The notes under the pieces are model-generated. The model made no database searches. It was given only the letters and a program-made list of their open reading frames with translations, and was not told where the DNA came from. DNA of 64,000 bases, taken from the NCBI GenBank assembly GCA_963851365.1, contig CAWKPA010000003.1, positions 64,390-128,389 on the forward strand. Direction: 5' to 3'. The position numbers were made by a program, and so were the translations under genes. Of this stretch, positions 20,214 to 30,621 are shown one piece after another; within the stretch, counting starts at the first letter, position 1, and the number at the start of each line of letters is the position of its first letter. The DNA is from an uncultured delta proteobacterium. GTDB taxonomy: Bacteria; Desulfobacterota; Binatia; DP-6.

Positions 20214-20828
20214 ATGGCCCGCGCCGCGAAGCACGCTCCGCGTCCCTATCTGCCGGCTCCTGAGCGCCGGGAGCAGCTGCTCGAGACCGCGGGACGGCTC
20301 GTGCGGAGGAGTGGGTGGGCCGGGCTGTCGATGCAGGGCCTCGCCGCCGCCGCGGGGGTGAGCCGCCAGCTCGTCTACGAGCACTTCGCCACGGCCGACG
20401 ACCTCTACGTCGCGACGCTGATCCATCTGTTCGAGCGCGCGTACGCGAGCACCGAGACGATCGTCAGGCGCGGCGAGTCGGTGGAGGACACGGTTCGCCA
20501 GGCGGTGATCGTGTTCCTCGACTTGCCGGCCGAGGAGCGCCGCGCGCTGCGCGCGCTCGCGTCGGAGACCGATCCGGGACGTCCCAGCCTCGCCCGCGCG
20601 CGCGCGCGGCTTCGCGCACGCATCGCCGAGCTCTGGGTTGGATACGTACGGGCACAGACGGGCGCGAGCGACGCGGAGAGCACCGCGCTCGCGTGGATGC
20701 TGACGACGGCGCTCTGGGGCCTCTCGGACACCATCGCCGACGGTACGATCGATCGCGACGACGCGACGGACCTGTTCGTGGGGTTCGTCGGTCGGACGCT
20801 CGCCACGTGGAAGGGAGACGACAGATGA
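20214..20828 (+). CDS. TetR family transcriptional regulator
   Basis: PAPERREQLLETAGRLVRRSGWAGLSMQGLAAAAGVSRQLVYEHF is an HTH. 204 aa. It lies 66 bp downstream of the subtilase gene. Confidence 0.8.
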   Translation: MARAAKHAPRPYLPAPERREQLLETAGRLVRRSGWAGLSMQGLAAAAGVSRQLVYEHFATADDLYVATLIHLFERAYASTETIVRRGESVEDTVRQAVIVFLDLPAEERRALRALASETDPGRPSLARARARLRARIAELWVGYVRAQTGASDAESTALAWMLTTALWGLSDTIADGTIDRDDATDLFVGFVGRTLATWKGDDR

Positions 20829-20946
20829 AACGGGATCTGCTTCGCATCGGTCTGCTGCTCGGCGTCGTGGGCATCGCCCCATGGGTGAGCGGAGCGTAGG
20901 CGCGATAAAGCGGCGAAGGGCGACATAACGCCCGAACCCAGACGTT

Positions 20947-22440
20947 GACGTGTAGGCCCCAAGTGCAAATGTCCGGTTTCTCCAAAGTAGAGATGTCCGC
21001 CTGGACCCCACAGTGCCGGGTGCCATGGCGACGACCGTGGGGCTGACCATGGGGGAACTGGACCGCCTGCAGATCCTGACCCGGCTCGCCGAGCGGCGGC
21101 TGACGCAGCGCGCGGGCGGCCGCGCTGCTCGCGGCTGAGCGAGCGCCAGGTGCGGCGGCTCTATCGGCGCGTTCCAGGACGACGGCGCGGCGGCGCTGGC
21201 CTCGCGGCGGCGCGGTCGCCCGAGCAATCGGCGGCTGCCCGCGCGCGTCCGCGACCGGGCACTGCGCGCTGGTCCGCGCGCGCTACGCCGACTTCGGGCC
21301 GACCTTCGCGCACCAGAAGCTCACCGAGGACCACGACCTCGTCCTGTCGGTCGAGACGCTGCGCGGCTGGATGATCGCCGCCGGGCTCTGGGTGCCGCGC
21401 GTCCAGCGCGCCCGCCGGAGCTATCCGCCGCGGCCGCGCCGCGCGTGTCCCGGCGAGCTCGTCCAGATCGACGGCTCCGACGCACGCCTGGTTCGAAGAC
21501 CGCGGGCCCGTCTGCACGCTGCTCGTCTACGTCGACGACGCCACCAGCCGGCTGATGGAGCTCTGCTTCGCCGACGGTCGAGTCGACGTTCGACTACTTC
21601 CGCGCGACGCGCCGCTACCTCGAGCGCCACGGCAAGCCGATGGCCTTCTACAGCGACCGGCTGAGCGTCTTCCACGTCCAGGCCCGCGACCGCGCCCAGG
21701 GCGGCGCCCGGGCTGTCGCAGTTCGGCCGGGCGTGCAGGCCCTCAACATCGACCTCTGTGCGCCAACAGCCCGGAGGCCAAGGGCCGCGTCGAACGCGCC
21801 AACGGCACGCTGCAGGACCGGCTCGTGAAGGAGCTGCGGCTCCGCGGGCTCAACGATCCCGTCGCGGCCACGCCGTTCCTCCCCGCGTTCATGGCCGACT
21901 ACAATCGCCGCTTCGCCAAGCCGCCCGCCGTCGCCTACGACGCGCATCGGCCGCTGCGCCCGGCGGACGACCTCGACCAGGTCTTCACGCTGCAGACGAC
22001 GCGCCGGATCAGCCGCCAGCTCACCGTGCACTACAAGCGCGACCTCTACGTGCTCACCGACACCGTCGCGACTCGCCGCCTGCGCGGGGCCACCGTGGAC
22101 GTCCGCGAGGCGGAGGACGGCACCGTCACGTTGCACGCCCAGGGCGCGTCCGCTGGCGGCCCGCCTCTTCCCGAAAGATCACGCGCAGATCGCTCCGGGA
22201 GCCGTCGTCGCGTACCCGCATCTCGACGGCGCCTTCGACCTGGATCGCGGCGCAGCAGCGCGAGCGCGACCAGGCGCGGCTCGCCAATCCCAAGCTCAGC
22301 GCGGCGCGAGAAGCAGCGGCTGCGCGCGGGCCGGCCGCTGCGTGTCCCGGCCTCCCCCACGGAGTGAAACCGGACATCTCTACTTGGGGCAAAGGCGGAC
22401 ATTTCTACTTTGTGTTGACATGACATGACATGACATGACG
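20947..22440 (+). mobile_element. ISNCY-family (IS1202-like) insertion sequence, copy A; transposase reading frame heavily disrupted
   Basis: The ends are shared with copy B: left gacgtgtaggccccaagtgcaaatgtccg..aaagtagagatgtccg, right ...ctactttgtgttgac(atgac)4. Transposase fragments MATTVGLTMGELDRLQILTRLAERRL, GELVQIDGSDA, FYSDRLSVFHV, AKGRVERANGTLQDRLVKELRLRGL sit in several frames (21025-22367). It is inserted inside a REP-X copy (20893-20946 and 22441-22471). Confidence 0.7.
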
Positions 22441-22648
22441 ACCCTACCTCCCCCCCCGGGGCTGCCGCGGACGAAGACGCAGGCGATGCTGCCGAGCGAG
22501 GACGCGGTGCTCTTGCTCCTCTTCGGCCTCCTGATGAGCGGGCAGATTCGCTCGCGCAAGATCGACGGCTGGCAGGAGCTGCCGGCGGTCATGGCGACGC
22601 GGAGAAAGGCTGCGTAGCCGCGGATATCAACTCGGACTCACGCGCGGA

Positions 22649-23563
22649 GTGATGACCGGACCTTTTCCACACGTTGACAGACACGACCGCATGGCGTACG
22701 CGCCTACCGTGCAGGCGGAGGCGGGGTTCACCCACCATGCACTGCGGCACTTCTCCGGAAATCTCGGTGCCCCGCAGACCGATCCGTTGTCGCACGCCGA
22801 CGTGTACGCTGGCCTGCAGGCAGCCATCGGCGTGCTGGCTGCATTGCGCCAGCGCGAGCGCACCGGCCGCGGCCAGCACATCGACGTCGCGATGGCAGCC
22901 ACGATCATGGCCATCAATGAGCGTGCACACGTTGACCTGAGCGGCCTGGACATCGGGGACGAGCCCGCAATTCTCGGCGCGACCGACGGCTCGTTCTTCA
23001 AGGGGCCCGGCGTCGAGACCTTCGTTTCGGCCATCAGCCTGGTCGGAACGATCACGTTCCGTTTCTTCATGGCTGCAATGCGACGGCCGGACCTTGCGCA
23101 GGACACGCGTTTTACCACCCCGGGTGCGCGACGGGCGAACCTGGATGCGTTGAGGGCGATCGTGCAGGCGTGGATCTACTCGTTCCCGGACCTCGCGGCG
23201 CTGGATGCGCAGCTCGACGAGGCGAAGATCGCCATCGGCGAGATCCGCTCACCCGAGCACGTGGCGGACAGCGAGTGGGCCGAGTACTGGACGGCCACGC
23301 ATCGCGTCTCCGACCGCAATGGTGGCGATTTCCGCCTGCCCGGGCGGCCCTGGAAGTTCTCGGCCGCGGAACTCGATCCCCCAGGTGAGCCCGCGCTGCA
23401 GGGCGAGCACAACGCAGAGGTCTGCACGCTGCTCGGCCTCGATGCGCAGGAAACGGAGCGGCTCGCGCACTCCGGAGCGCTGGTCGGGAATTTCGCGGCG
23501 CAGATGATTGCGGTGGTTCTCGGTGAATCGAATTCTGCTGGAGCGACTGAATGCGAACATTGA
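22649..23563 (+). pseudogene. CoA-transferase family III (CaiB/BaiF-like), N-terminally truncated
   Basis: GLQAAIGVLAALRQRERTGRGQHIDVAMAATIM... matches the central and C-terminal regions of family III CoA transferases. The expected ~100-aa N-terminal glycine-rich region is absent. It starts just downstream of IS copy A. Confidence 0.55.
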
Positions 23564-25311
23564 TCCTGTCCTGTATTGCCGCCGGCGTGATCGCAGGGAC
23601 GGTGTCTCCGTACGCCCGGGCGGAGAAGCCCGTAAAACGGCCAAATGTCCTGTTGATAGTCGCCGATGACGCGGCACTGGGCGATTTCAGTTCTACCGGC
23701 GCCGTGACCCGAACGCCGAACATAGATCGCATCGCGCAAGAAGGGATCACCTTTACGCGATTCCATGCCTCACCGGTGTGCTCGATCACGCGGGGCATGT
23801 TGCTGACCGGAAACAACCCGGTGGAAATCGGTCTCGGCGCCTTCGACTACTCGCTCTATCCGCCGGCGGAGGGCAAGCCGGGCTACGAGGCCTACCTGAC
23901 CCGAACGACGGCCACGATTTCCGAACTGCTGCGCGACTCCGGCTACCGCACCTACATGGTCGGCAAGTGGCACCTCGGCGGGACCCGTCACGGCGGCGAT
24001 CCGCCGATCGAATGGGGATTCGATCGCAGCTACTCGATCTACACCGGTGGCGCCAATCACTGGAACGACCAGGTATTCCACATCGACATGCACGACCCGG
24101 AAGTTGCCGAGCAGGTCAAGGCCGGCAAGATCCCGGCTGAGCCGTACTATGAGGACGGCAAGCGCGTCGCGCGGCCCACGGGCGTCTTCTCGGACGAGCT
24201 CTTCACGACCAAGCTGCTCGAATACCTCGAGACGGACCGCGAGAGCGGCAAGCCGTTCTTCGCCTACGTCGCCTATACGACTCCGCACGCACCGGTGCAG
24301 GCGCCGGACTTCCTCATCGACAAGTACGAGCAGCACTTCTACGAACTCGGCTTCGATGGCCTCAAGCGCTCTCGTTTCGAGGCCCAGAAGAAGCTCGGCA
24401 TCATCCCGCAGGACGCAAAGTACCCCGACACGAGCAAGAACCACCTGCTGCGCGCCTGGTCGTCATTGAGCGAAGAAGACAGGCGCCGGACGGCGCGCGT
24501 CATGGCCACCTACGCGGCCATGCTGGAATCGCAGGACTACAACGTGGGCCTGATCCTCAACTATCTTCGCGAGACCGGCCAACTCGACGATACGCTGATC
24601 GTGTACCTGTCCGACAACGGGCCCGAAGGTACGGACGTCCAGGGTGAGCTGAGCAACGCTGCTGCCACACAGTGGGTGCAGAATAACTTCAGCCAGGCCT
24701 TCGACGACATCGGGGACGGCAACGCGTTTTCATTCATCGGTACAGATTTTGCCAATTCCGTTACCGGTGGCCTGTCATGGTGGAAGTGGTTCATCGGCGA
24801 AGGCGGTATCCGCACGCCGCTGATCATCGTTCCGCCCACCAACCGGGCATTTGCCCGCAAGGGCGACAAGACCTCCGAGTACGCCAACGTCAAGGACGTG
24901 CCGACCACGATCCTTGACTACGCCGGAGTCGAGCCGGCCCCGCAGGGGTACCAAGGTCGGAAGATCGTCGCGCCGTCCGGAGTGTCGATGCGCAGCTTTC
25001 TCGAAGGCAAGAGCGAGCGCCCTCGCACGGAAAACCAGTGGGTCGCGTTCGAGCTGTTCGGCAACAGTTTCGTCGTCGCGGGTGACTACAAGGCAATGCG
25101 CGTCCGGACAGGCATGTACGGCGACGGCCAGTGGCACTTGTATGACATTCGCAACGATCCCGCTGAAACCACTCCGCTCGACGGTGCGCAGCCCGAGAGG
25201 CTCGAGCGAATGATCGCGATCTACGACAGTTACGCAAAAGAGAAGGGCATCGTGCCCGTCGCCGAAAACTGGAGTCCCTGGCACGGCTTCATCGACGAAA
25301 AGAATCCCTGA
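23551..25311 (+). CDS. sulfatase-family enzyme, paralog 2 (intact, 586 aa)
   Basis: Signal peptide. NVLLIVADDAALGDF...FTRFHASPVCSITRGMLLTGNNP...YMVGKWHLGG. C-terminal WHLYDIRNDPAET. The active-site pentapeptide is C-S-I-T-R. Confidence 0.85.
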   Translation: MRTLILSCIAAGVIAGTVSPYARAEKPVKRPNVLLIVADDAALGDFSSTGAVTRTPNIDRIAQEGITFTRFHASPVCSITRGMLLTGNNPVEIGLGAFDYSLYPPAEGKPGYEAYLTRTTATISELLRDSGYRTYMVGKWHLGGTRHGGDPPIEWGFDRSYSIYTGGANHWNDQVFHIDMHDPEVAEQVKAGKIPAEPYYEDGKRVARPTGVFSDELFTTKLLEYLETDRESGKPFFAYVAYTTPHAPVQAPDFLIDKYEQHFYELGFDGLKRSRFEAQKKLGIIPQDAKYPDTSKNHLLRAWSSLSEEDRRRTARVMATYAAMLESQDYNVGLILNYLRETGQLDDTLIVYLSDNGPEGTDVQGELSNAAATQWVQNNFSQAFDDIGDGNAFSFIGTDFANSVTGGLSWWKWFIGEGGIRTPLIIVPPTNRAFARKGDKTSEYANVKDVPTTILDYAGVEPAPQGYQGRKIVAPSGVSMRSFLEGKSERPRTENQWVAFELFGNSFVVAGDYKAMRVRTGMYGDGQWHLYDIRNDPAETTPLDGAQPERLERMIAIYDSYAKEKGIVPVAENWSPWHGFIDEKNP

Positions 25312-25346
25312 GTCACGTCATTCAACCCAATGGAATTCACGCAGCC

Positions 25347-26315
25347 ATGAATACAACTTCCGATCCGATTGGTTTTCTCGGCCGGCTGAACGCCAGTGTG
25401 CTGCTCGCGGTTACGCATGAGTATGCTCAGGTCAGGAATGCCGCGCGTCCCGGCGCCGGGCGTGCCGAGTCCCGCGCGGTGCAGTTCAGTATTCGTCCCG
25501 AGTTTCGCAGCATCGATGGCGTCAAGGTTCGCTTTGCCCAGGGTGGAAAGCAGGATGGTCCCGTCGTGCTGCTGCTGTGTCCGCTGCCGCAGAGCATCCT
25601 GTGCTACGAGCCGATCTGGGACAAGCTTGCACAGCACTGCCGGCTGGTCGCGCTGGACCTGCCCGGATTCGGACGCAGCGAAGGCGGCCTCGAGTTCATG
25701 GGCTTCGACGCCCAGAGCCGCTTCCTGGACAAGTTCATCCGCACACTGGGACTCAAGCAGGTTCACATCGTCGGCCCGGACGTCGGCATGCCGGTGGCAC
25801 TGCATTACGTGATATACCGTCAACACGACGCAGCCAGCGTGATCGTGGGTGACGGTCCGGCCATTGCGCCCTCGACCAACGGCAGCATCATCGACAAGAT
25901 GGTGGACTCCGGGTTCTGGCGCATGATGTTCGCCGTTACCGGATCCAAGGCTTTTGTGGAAGGCGGCTGTCGCCTCGGCTGCGTGAACTACGTTCCCAGC
26001 ACCGCGGAAGTCGCGGATTACGTCGCGAGTTATGCCGGGCGCATTGGCACGGTGACGCAATGGTTCAAGGCCTATCCCGAGAACCTCGCAACGGTCGACC
26101 CGCACCTCGCCAGCCTCGACCTGCCGGTGCAGCTCTTCTGGGGCGATCTCGACCAGTTCCTGCTCGTCGACAACGCCCACCGCTTGCAGCAGCGGCTCAA
26201 GCGCAGTCAATTGCGGGTGTTCGAGCGCTGCGGGCACTTCTCTTACCAGGACAAGCCCGAGGAATTCGCCGAGATGCTGCTCACCTGGGTGGGCGGCGGG
26301 TATCGCGGCGTCTGA
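25347..26315 (+). CDS. alpha/beta hydrolase fold protein (paralog 2)
   Basis: 322 aa, about 80% identical to 12480-13481. LLLCPLPQSILCYEPIWDKLAQHCRLVALDLPGFGRS...HIVGPDVGMPVALHY. Confidence 0.8.
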   Translation: MNTTSDPIGFLGRLNASVLLAVTHEYAQVRNAARPGAGRAESRAVQFSIRPEFRSIDGVKVRFAQGGKQDGPVVLLLCPLPQSILCYEPIWDKLAQHCRLVALDLPGFGRSEGGLEFMGFDAQSRFLDKFIRTLGLKQVHIVGPDVGMPVALHYVIYRQHDAASVIVGDGPAIAPSTNGSIIDKMVDSGFWRMMFAVTGSKAFVEGGCRLGCVNYVPSTAEVADYVASYAGRIGTVTQWFKAYPENLATVDPHLASLDLPVQLFWGDLDQFLLVDNAHRLQQRLKRSQLRVFERCGHFSYQDKPEEFAEMLLTWVGGGYRGV

Positions 26316-26433
26316 GCGGGCGCACCAGCTCTGTACAAACATAGAGGCAGCATGACCGATACGTACCAGACTGATTCGGAGCGTAGGCGCGATAAAGCGG
26401 CGAAGGGCGACATAACGCCCGAACCCAGACGTT

Positions 26434-27918
26434 GACGTGTAGGCCCCAAGTGCAAATGTCCGCTTTCCCCAAAGTAGAGATGTCCGCCTGGAGCCCCCAG
26501 AGGTGGCGCCATGGCGGACACGCTGGGGCTGACCATGGGGGAGCTGGACCGACTGCAGATCCTGACTCGGCTCGCGGAGCGCCGGCTGACCCAGCGCCGG
26601 GCCGCCGCGCTGCTCGGGCTGGGCACGCGCCAGGTGCGGCGACTCTCCCGCGCTTTCCAGGGCGACGGCGCCGCGGCGCTGGCCTCGCGCCGGCGGGGTC
26701 GCCCGAGCAATCGGCGGCTGCCCGCGCGCGTCCGCGACCGGGCACTGCGCCTGGTCCGCGCGCGCTACGCCGACTTCGGGCCGACCTTCGCGCACCAGAA
26801 GCTCACCGAGGACCACGGCCTCGTCCTGTCGGTCGAGACGCTGCGCGGCGGGCTCATCGCCGCCGGGCTCTGGCTGCCCCGCGCCCAGCGCGCCCGCCGC
26901 AGCTACCCGCCGCGGCCGCGCCGCGCGTGTCCCGGCGAGCTCGTCCAGATCGACGGCTCGGAGCACGCCTGGTTCGAAGACCGCGGGCCGGCCTGCACGC
27001 TGCTCGTGTACGTCGACGACGCCACCAGCCGGCTGATGGAGCTGTGCTTCGCCGAGGTCGAGTCGACGTTCGACTACTTCCGTGCGACGCGCCACTACCT
27101 CGAACGACACGGGAAGCCGATGGCCTTCTATAGCGACCGGCTGAGCGTCTTCCACGTCCACGCGCGCGACCGCGCCCAGGGCGGGCCCGGGCTGTCGCAG
27201 TTCGGCCGGGCGTGTCGGGCCCTCAACATCGACCTGCTGTGCGCCACCAGCCCGGAAGCCAAGGGGCGCGTCGAACGGGCCAATGGCACCTTGCAGGACC
27301 GGCTCGTGAAGGAACTGCGGCTGCGGGGGCTCAACGATCCCGTCGCGGCCACGCCGTTCCTCCCCGCGTTCATGGCCGACTACAATCGCCGCTTCGCCAA
27401 GCCGCCCGCCGTCGCCTACGACGCGCATCGGCCGCTGCGCCCGGAGGACGACCTCGACCAGGTCTTCACGCTGCAGACGACGCGCCGGATCAGCCGCCAG
27501 CTCACCGTGCACTACAAGCGCGACCTCTACGTGCTCACCGACACGCGTCGCGACCCGCCGCCTGCGTGGGGCCACCGTGGACGTCCGCGAGGCGGAGGAC
27601 GGCACCGTCACGTTGCACGCCCAGGGGCGTCCGCTGGCGGCCCGCCTCTTCCCGAAAGATCACGCGCAGATCGCTCCGGGAGCCGTCGTCGCGTACCCGC
27701 ATCTCGCCGGCGCCTTGACCTGGATCGCGGCGCAGCAGCGCGAGCGCGACCAGGCGCGGCTCGCCAATCCCAAGCTCAGCGGGCGCGAGAAGCAGCGGCT
27801 GCGCGCGGGCCGGCCGCTGCGTGTCCCGGCCTCCCCCACGGAGTGAAACCGGACATCTCTACTTGGGGCAAAGGCGGACATTTCTACTTTGTGTTGACAT
27901 GACATGACATGACATGAC
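26434..27918 (+). mobile_element. ISNCY-family (IS1202-like) insertion sequence, copy B, with near-intact transposase (26511-27846, one frame break near 27560)
   Basis: A 463-aa ORF with MADTLGLTMGELDRLQILTRLAERRLTQRRAAALLGL (HTH), GELVQIDGSEHAWFEDRGPACTLLVYVDDATSRL, FYSDRLSVFHV, ATSPEAKGRVERANGTLQDRLVKELRLRGLND, FMADYNRRFA. The true C-terminus ...RVPASPTE is in ORF 27577-27846. Imperfect ~45-bp terminal IRs. It is inserted in a REP-X copy (26380-26433 and 27919-27951). Confidence 0.8.
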
Positions 27919-28179
27919 GCCCCGACGCCCCTCCCCCCCCGGCTGCCGCGGCGAAGCCACAACGAGGAACGGCCGCATCGGGCGCTGGGGCGGAAGCCCC
28001 CACGCACTTTCTCCCGCGGCCGTCGGAACCCCGAGAGTCCAGGAATGCGGTGTCTACTTGACGGGGCTGACTACGCCTCGGCCGGCCTGTTGGCGAACAC
28101 GTAGTCGTACGACTCGACTGACGGATTCGGTGCGCGAGGGCCAACGCGAGGCATCCTCAGATGATCCGAGAGGCTGGAG

Positions 28180-29223
28180 TCAGTCCGCCAGCATAGGCGT
28201 CAGGAGCTTTCGCAACCGTGCAATCCAGTCCTTGTCGGTGACCTCAAGATAGTGGAAACTCTCATCCACGGCCTGTCGGAGCTTAGCCTGGAATAGGCTG
28301 CCGTGCTGGTAGGATTCGACCAAGAAGATGACCGCCTGGTCACCCTCGATCGCATGACAGTAGTACCCGAAACCGTTCGGAGGCTGCGTGTAGAAATGGC
28401 CCGGCTGCAAGACAGTATCGAACCGTAGGGCTCCCTCGAACGTCCAGTCGGCACCCGTGACGACGTTCTGGTGCCTGTAGGTGATCATCATGCGCGCAAA
28501 CACGTTGGGGTCGAGACGATTGTCTTTGCCCATGACGCGCGCTTCCTGAACTTCACAGTCGAAGGACACGCGCTTGACCTTTGCTTCATTCTCAAGGGCG
28601 CGACCGGTGGCTAGTACCGGCTCCGGGAATACCCACTCCTTGGAGAAATTCGTCTGCTTGACTGGAGGAATACGATCGTCGTGAGTAAGCACGTCAATCA
28701 CACGCTCGACGGTCATCGACTCGCCCGTACCCTGCAAGAGTGTGTTCCTTATCTGGAAGTGTAGGCGCGTCGGCTCCTCGGAGAGAACGATAGGTGGTCC
28801 GTCGACTACCTCAAGGCGCACGTTGCGGATGAAGAGCGCGGGGACAGTCCTGTCTTGTACGCCCGAAGGCGATGCCGGGGCAGCCTCACTGATCGTAACG
28901 AGATCAATGCCGTGGCGGCGAGCTACCGTGATCGCACCGTCCTGGAACCCGGACGTCGATACCATGATCGCCTTGTTCGCGTGGACGTCGTGCGACTTCG
29001 TCACAAAGGCATCGACGTCCAATGCCTTGACGGCCTGACTGGGCTGATCCCTACATTCGACGACCACGAGATAGTGATAGCCACCGGCATCGAACCGAAC
29101 CGTAACGTCGAACTGCCGATCCGAAATCTCCTCGTCCCACGTGACCACCGCGCCGTGATGTTCGGCGCGTTGAATCGCCGCGATGAGCTGTTCAAAGGCT
29201 CGCCAACCCGACGCCGTGATCAA
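28180..29223 (-). CDS. protein with N-terminal restriction-endonuclease-like (Mrr_cat / PD-(D/E)xK) domain fused to a ~230-aa C-terminal domain of unknown function
   Basis: 347 aa. N-terminus GWRAFEQLIAAIQRAEHHGAVVTWDEEISDRQFDVTVRFDAGGYHYLVVVECRDQPS...AIMVSTSGFQDGAITVARRHGIDLVTI matches the Mrr catalytic-domain pattern. The C-terminal region has no family I recognise. Local GC is well below the window average. Confidence 0.55.
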   Translation of the reverse strand: MITASGWRAFEQLIAAIQRAEHHGAVVTWDEEISDRQFDVTVRFDAGGYHYLVVVECRDQPSQAVKALDVDAFVTKSHDVHANKAIMVSTSGFQDGAITVARRHGIDLVTISEAAPASPSGVQDRTVPALFIRNVRLEVVDGPPIVLSEEPTRLHFQIRNTLLQGTGESMTVERVIDVLTHDDRIPPVKQTNFSKEWVFPEPVLATGRALENEAKVKRVSFDCEVQEARVMGKDNRLDPNVFARMMITYRHQNVVTGADWTFEGALRFDTVLQPGHFYTQPPNGFGYYCHAIEGDQAVIFLVESYQHGSLFQAKLRQAVDESFHYLEVTDKDWIARLRKLLTPMLAD

Positions 29224-29904
29224 GACGCGATCCTCCAGCGGACGCTTGTCGAGGAAAGTACGAGATGCGCGGAGCGCATAGACGTAGCAATGAAGACGAG
29301 CTGCCCTCCGCCGCGATAGGGTTCGCGGTGGACCACGGGGTCAACCGAGACGGTGCCCCAAAACAGCGAGGAGGGCAGCCCGATGGAATGCTACGTGGGA
29401 TTGGACGTGCACAGCAGTGGGCCACGCGTGCGAGGAGGTCGCCTGCCGCTGCGGTCACGGCACGTTCATAGCAGACTGTGTGTAGAATGCAAGAGATGTG
29501 ACGGTGCTAGGTCACGCCGCGCTCCGTGTTGGGCGCGGGACACCCTGGAGCAAGCGTGCGAGCTCGGCGCCGTCGATCCGTACGCCTGGACCGTCGCCGA
29601 GCAAGAGTTCGCGGTCAATTGTCCGCTTCCCCTGGCTCACGCCGCCTCATATCCGTCGCACCCCACGATCTGGAGGGGGTGCTTCCTGTTCGTCGACTCG
29701 CGGTTTCTGCTCCCCGCTTCTTTCAGCGCCAGCCTCGCGACCGGACCGGTCTCCCGGCTTCTTCGCCTTGCGGTTCGCTCGAGGTCACTGCGATCAACTC
29801 CCTCCAGGATTTTCACCCGTTCATCACCTCCCTGCTGGGCACACAACTAAGCCGCTTCGCGGCAGGCCGGAGCTCGCCGCGCAGGCGCAGGGGGGCCATA
29901 CACG

Positions 29905-30530
29905 CTACGGTCCCGCGATGAGCCTGCCCATGAAGGTTATCGTCCCCCCGAAGGTGGCACCGCCCCCGAGCCGCGAGAAGGTAACCGTCTCTCCCGACGC
30001 GAAGCTGATTCCAGCGTTGAAGGACTGAGCGCCCGGCGAGTTGGGAATGGCGGTCCAAGTGAGACGAGTTCCCGAACTATCCCTGAGCTGCCATTGCCCG
30101 CAGGGCCAGACTGAACAGCCGCTGTCGCCGTACACTCCGTGAATGTCGGTCAGGACGAGCCGACGCCCAACTGGTACCGTCACAACGTCCAGCGAGCCCG
30201 GTCCAGGGGAACCCATCGAATAGGTAACGTCGAACAGCTGCTCTGTCGCTGGGGAAGCAGGGTTTGTGACCTCAACTGGGATAGGCGTCGGTAGACTTGT
30301 AACCTGTACGGGTTGCGCAGCAGGGAAGTTCGCCACCTCTACCCTCGCCGGACTGACCCCGAACAGAACGTTCCCAAACTGATCTACAACCGCCGACAGC
30401 TTAGCTTTTCCCCGAGTTGGGAAAGTCACCGGCACTGTCAACGTCCAAGCAAGCCCCGGCGCTCAGCACCAAGCCGAGCGCCAGCAATGACACACCTGCC
30501 CTATTTCGCATTTGCTTGCTCCTTCGGTTC
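29905..30530 (-). CDS. small lipoprotein, hypothetical (1-nt frame break between signal peptide and mature domain)
   Basis: MRNRAGVSLLALGLVLSAGAC ends in a lipobox at the tail of ORF 30401-31531. The mature beta-rich domain continues in ORF 29905-30441. Low GC. Confidence 0.4.
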
Positions 30531-30621
30531 AATGCTGCCGACCTCAGAGTGCAAGAAGAGTGCCTCGACATCAACAGCCGCCGAGCACCGGACACGTCCC
30601 GAGCCAGGGGGTGGTCTGCAA

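Noticed and set aside
22417-27918. CRISPR array
   Set aside because: The only short tandem repeats are the (atgac)4 pentamers and REP-X copies. There are no regularly spaced 25-40-bp direct repeats with unique spacers anywhere in the window.
29353-29850. IS110-family transposase gene (start MECYVGLDVHS resembles the IS110 N-terminus M..VGIDVSK)
   Set aside because: The similarity is limited to about 10 residues. The rest of the ORF and neighbouring frames show no DEDD-transposase motifs. It could be a tiny remnant but cannot be supported.
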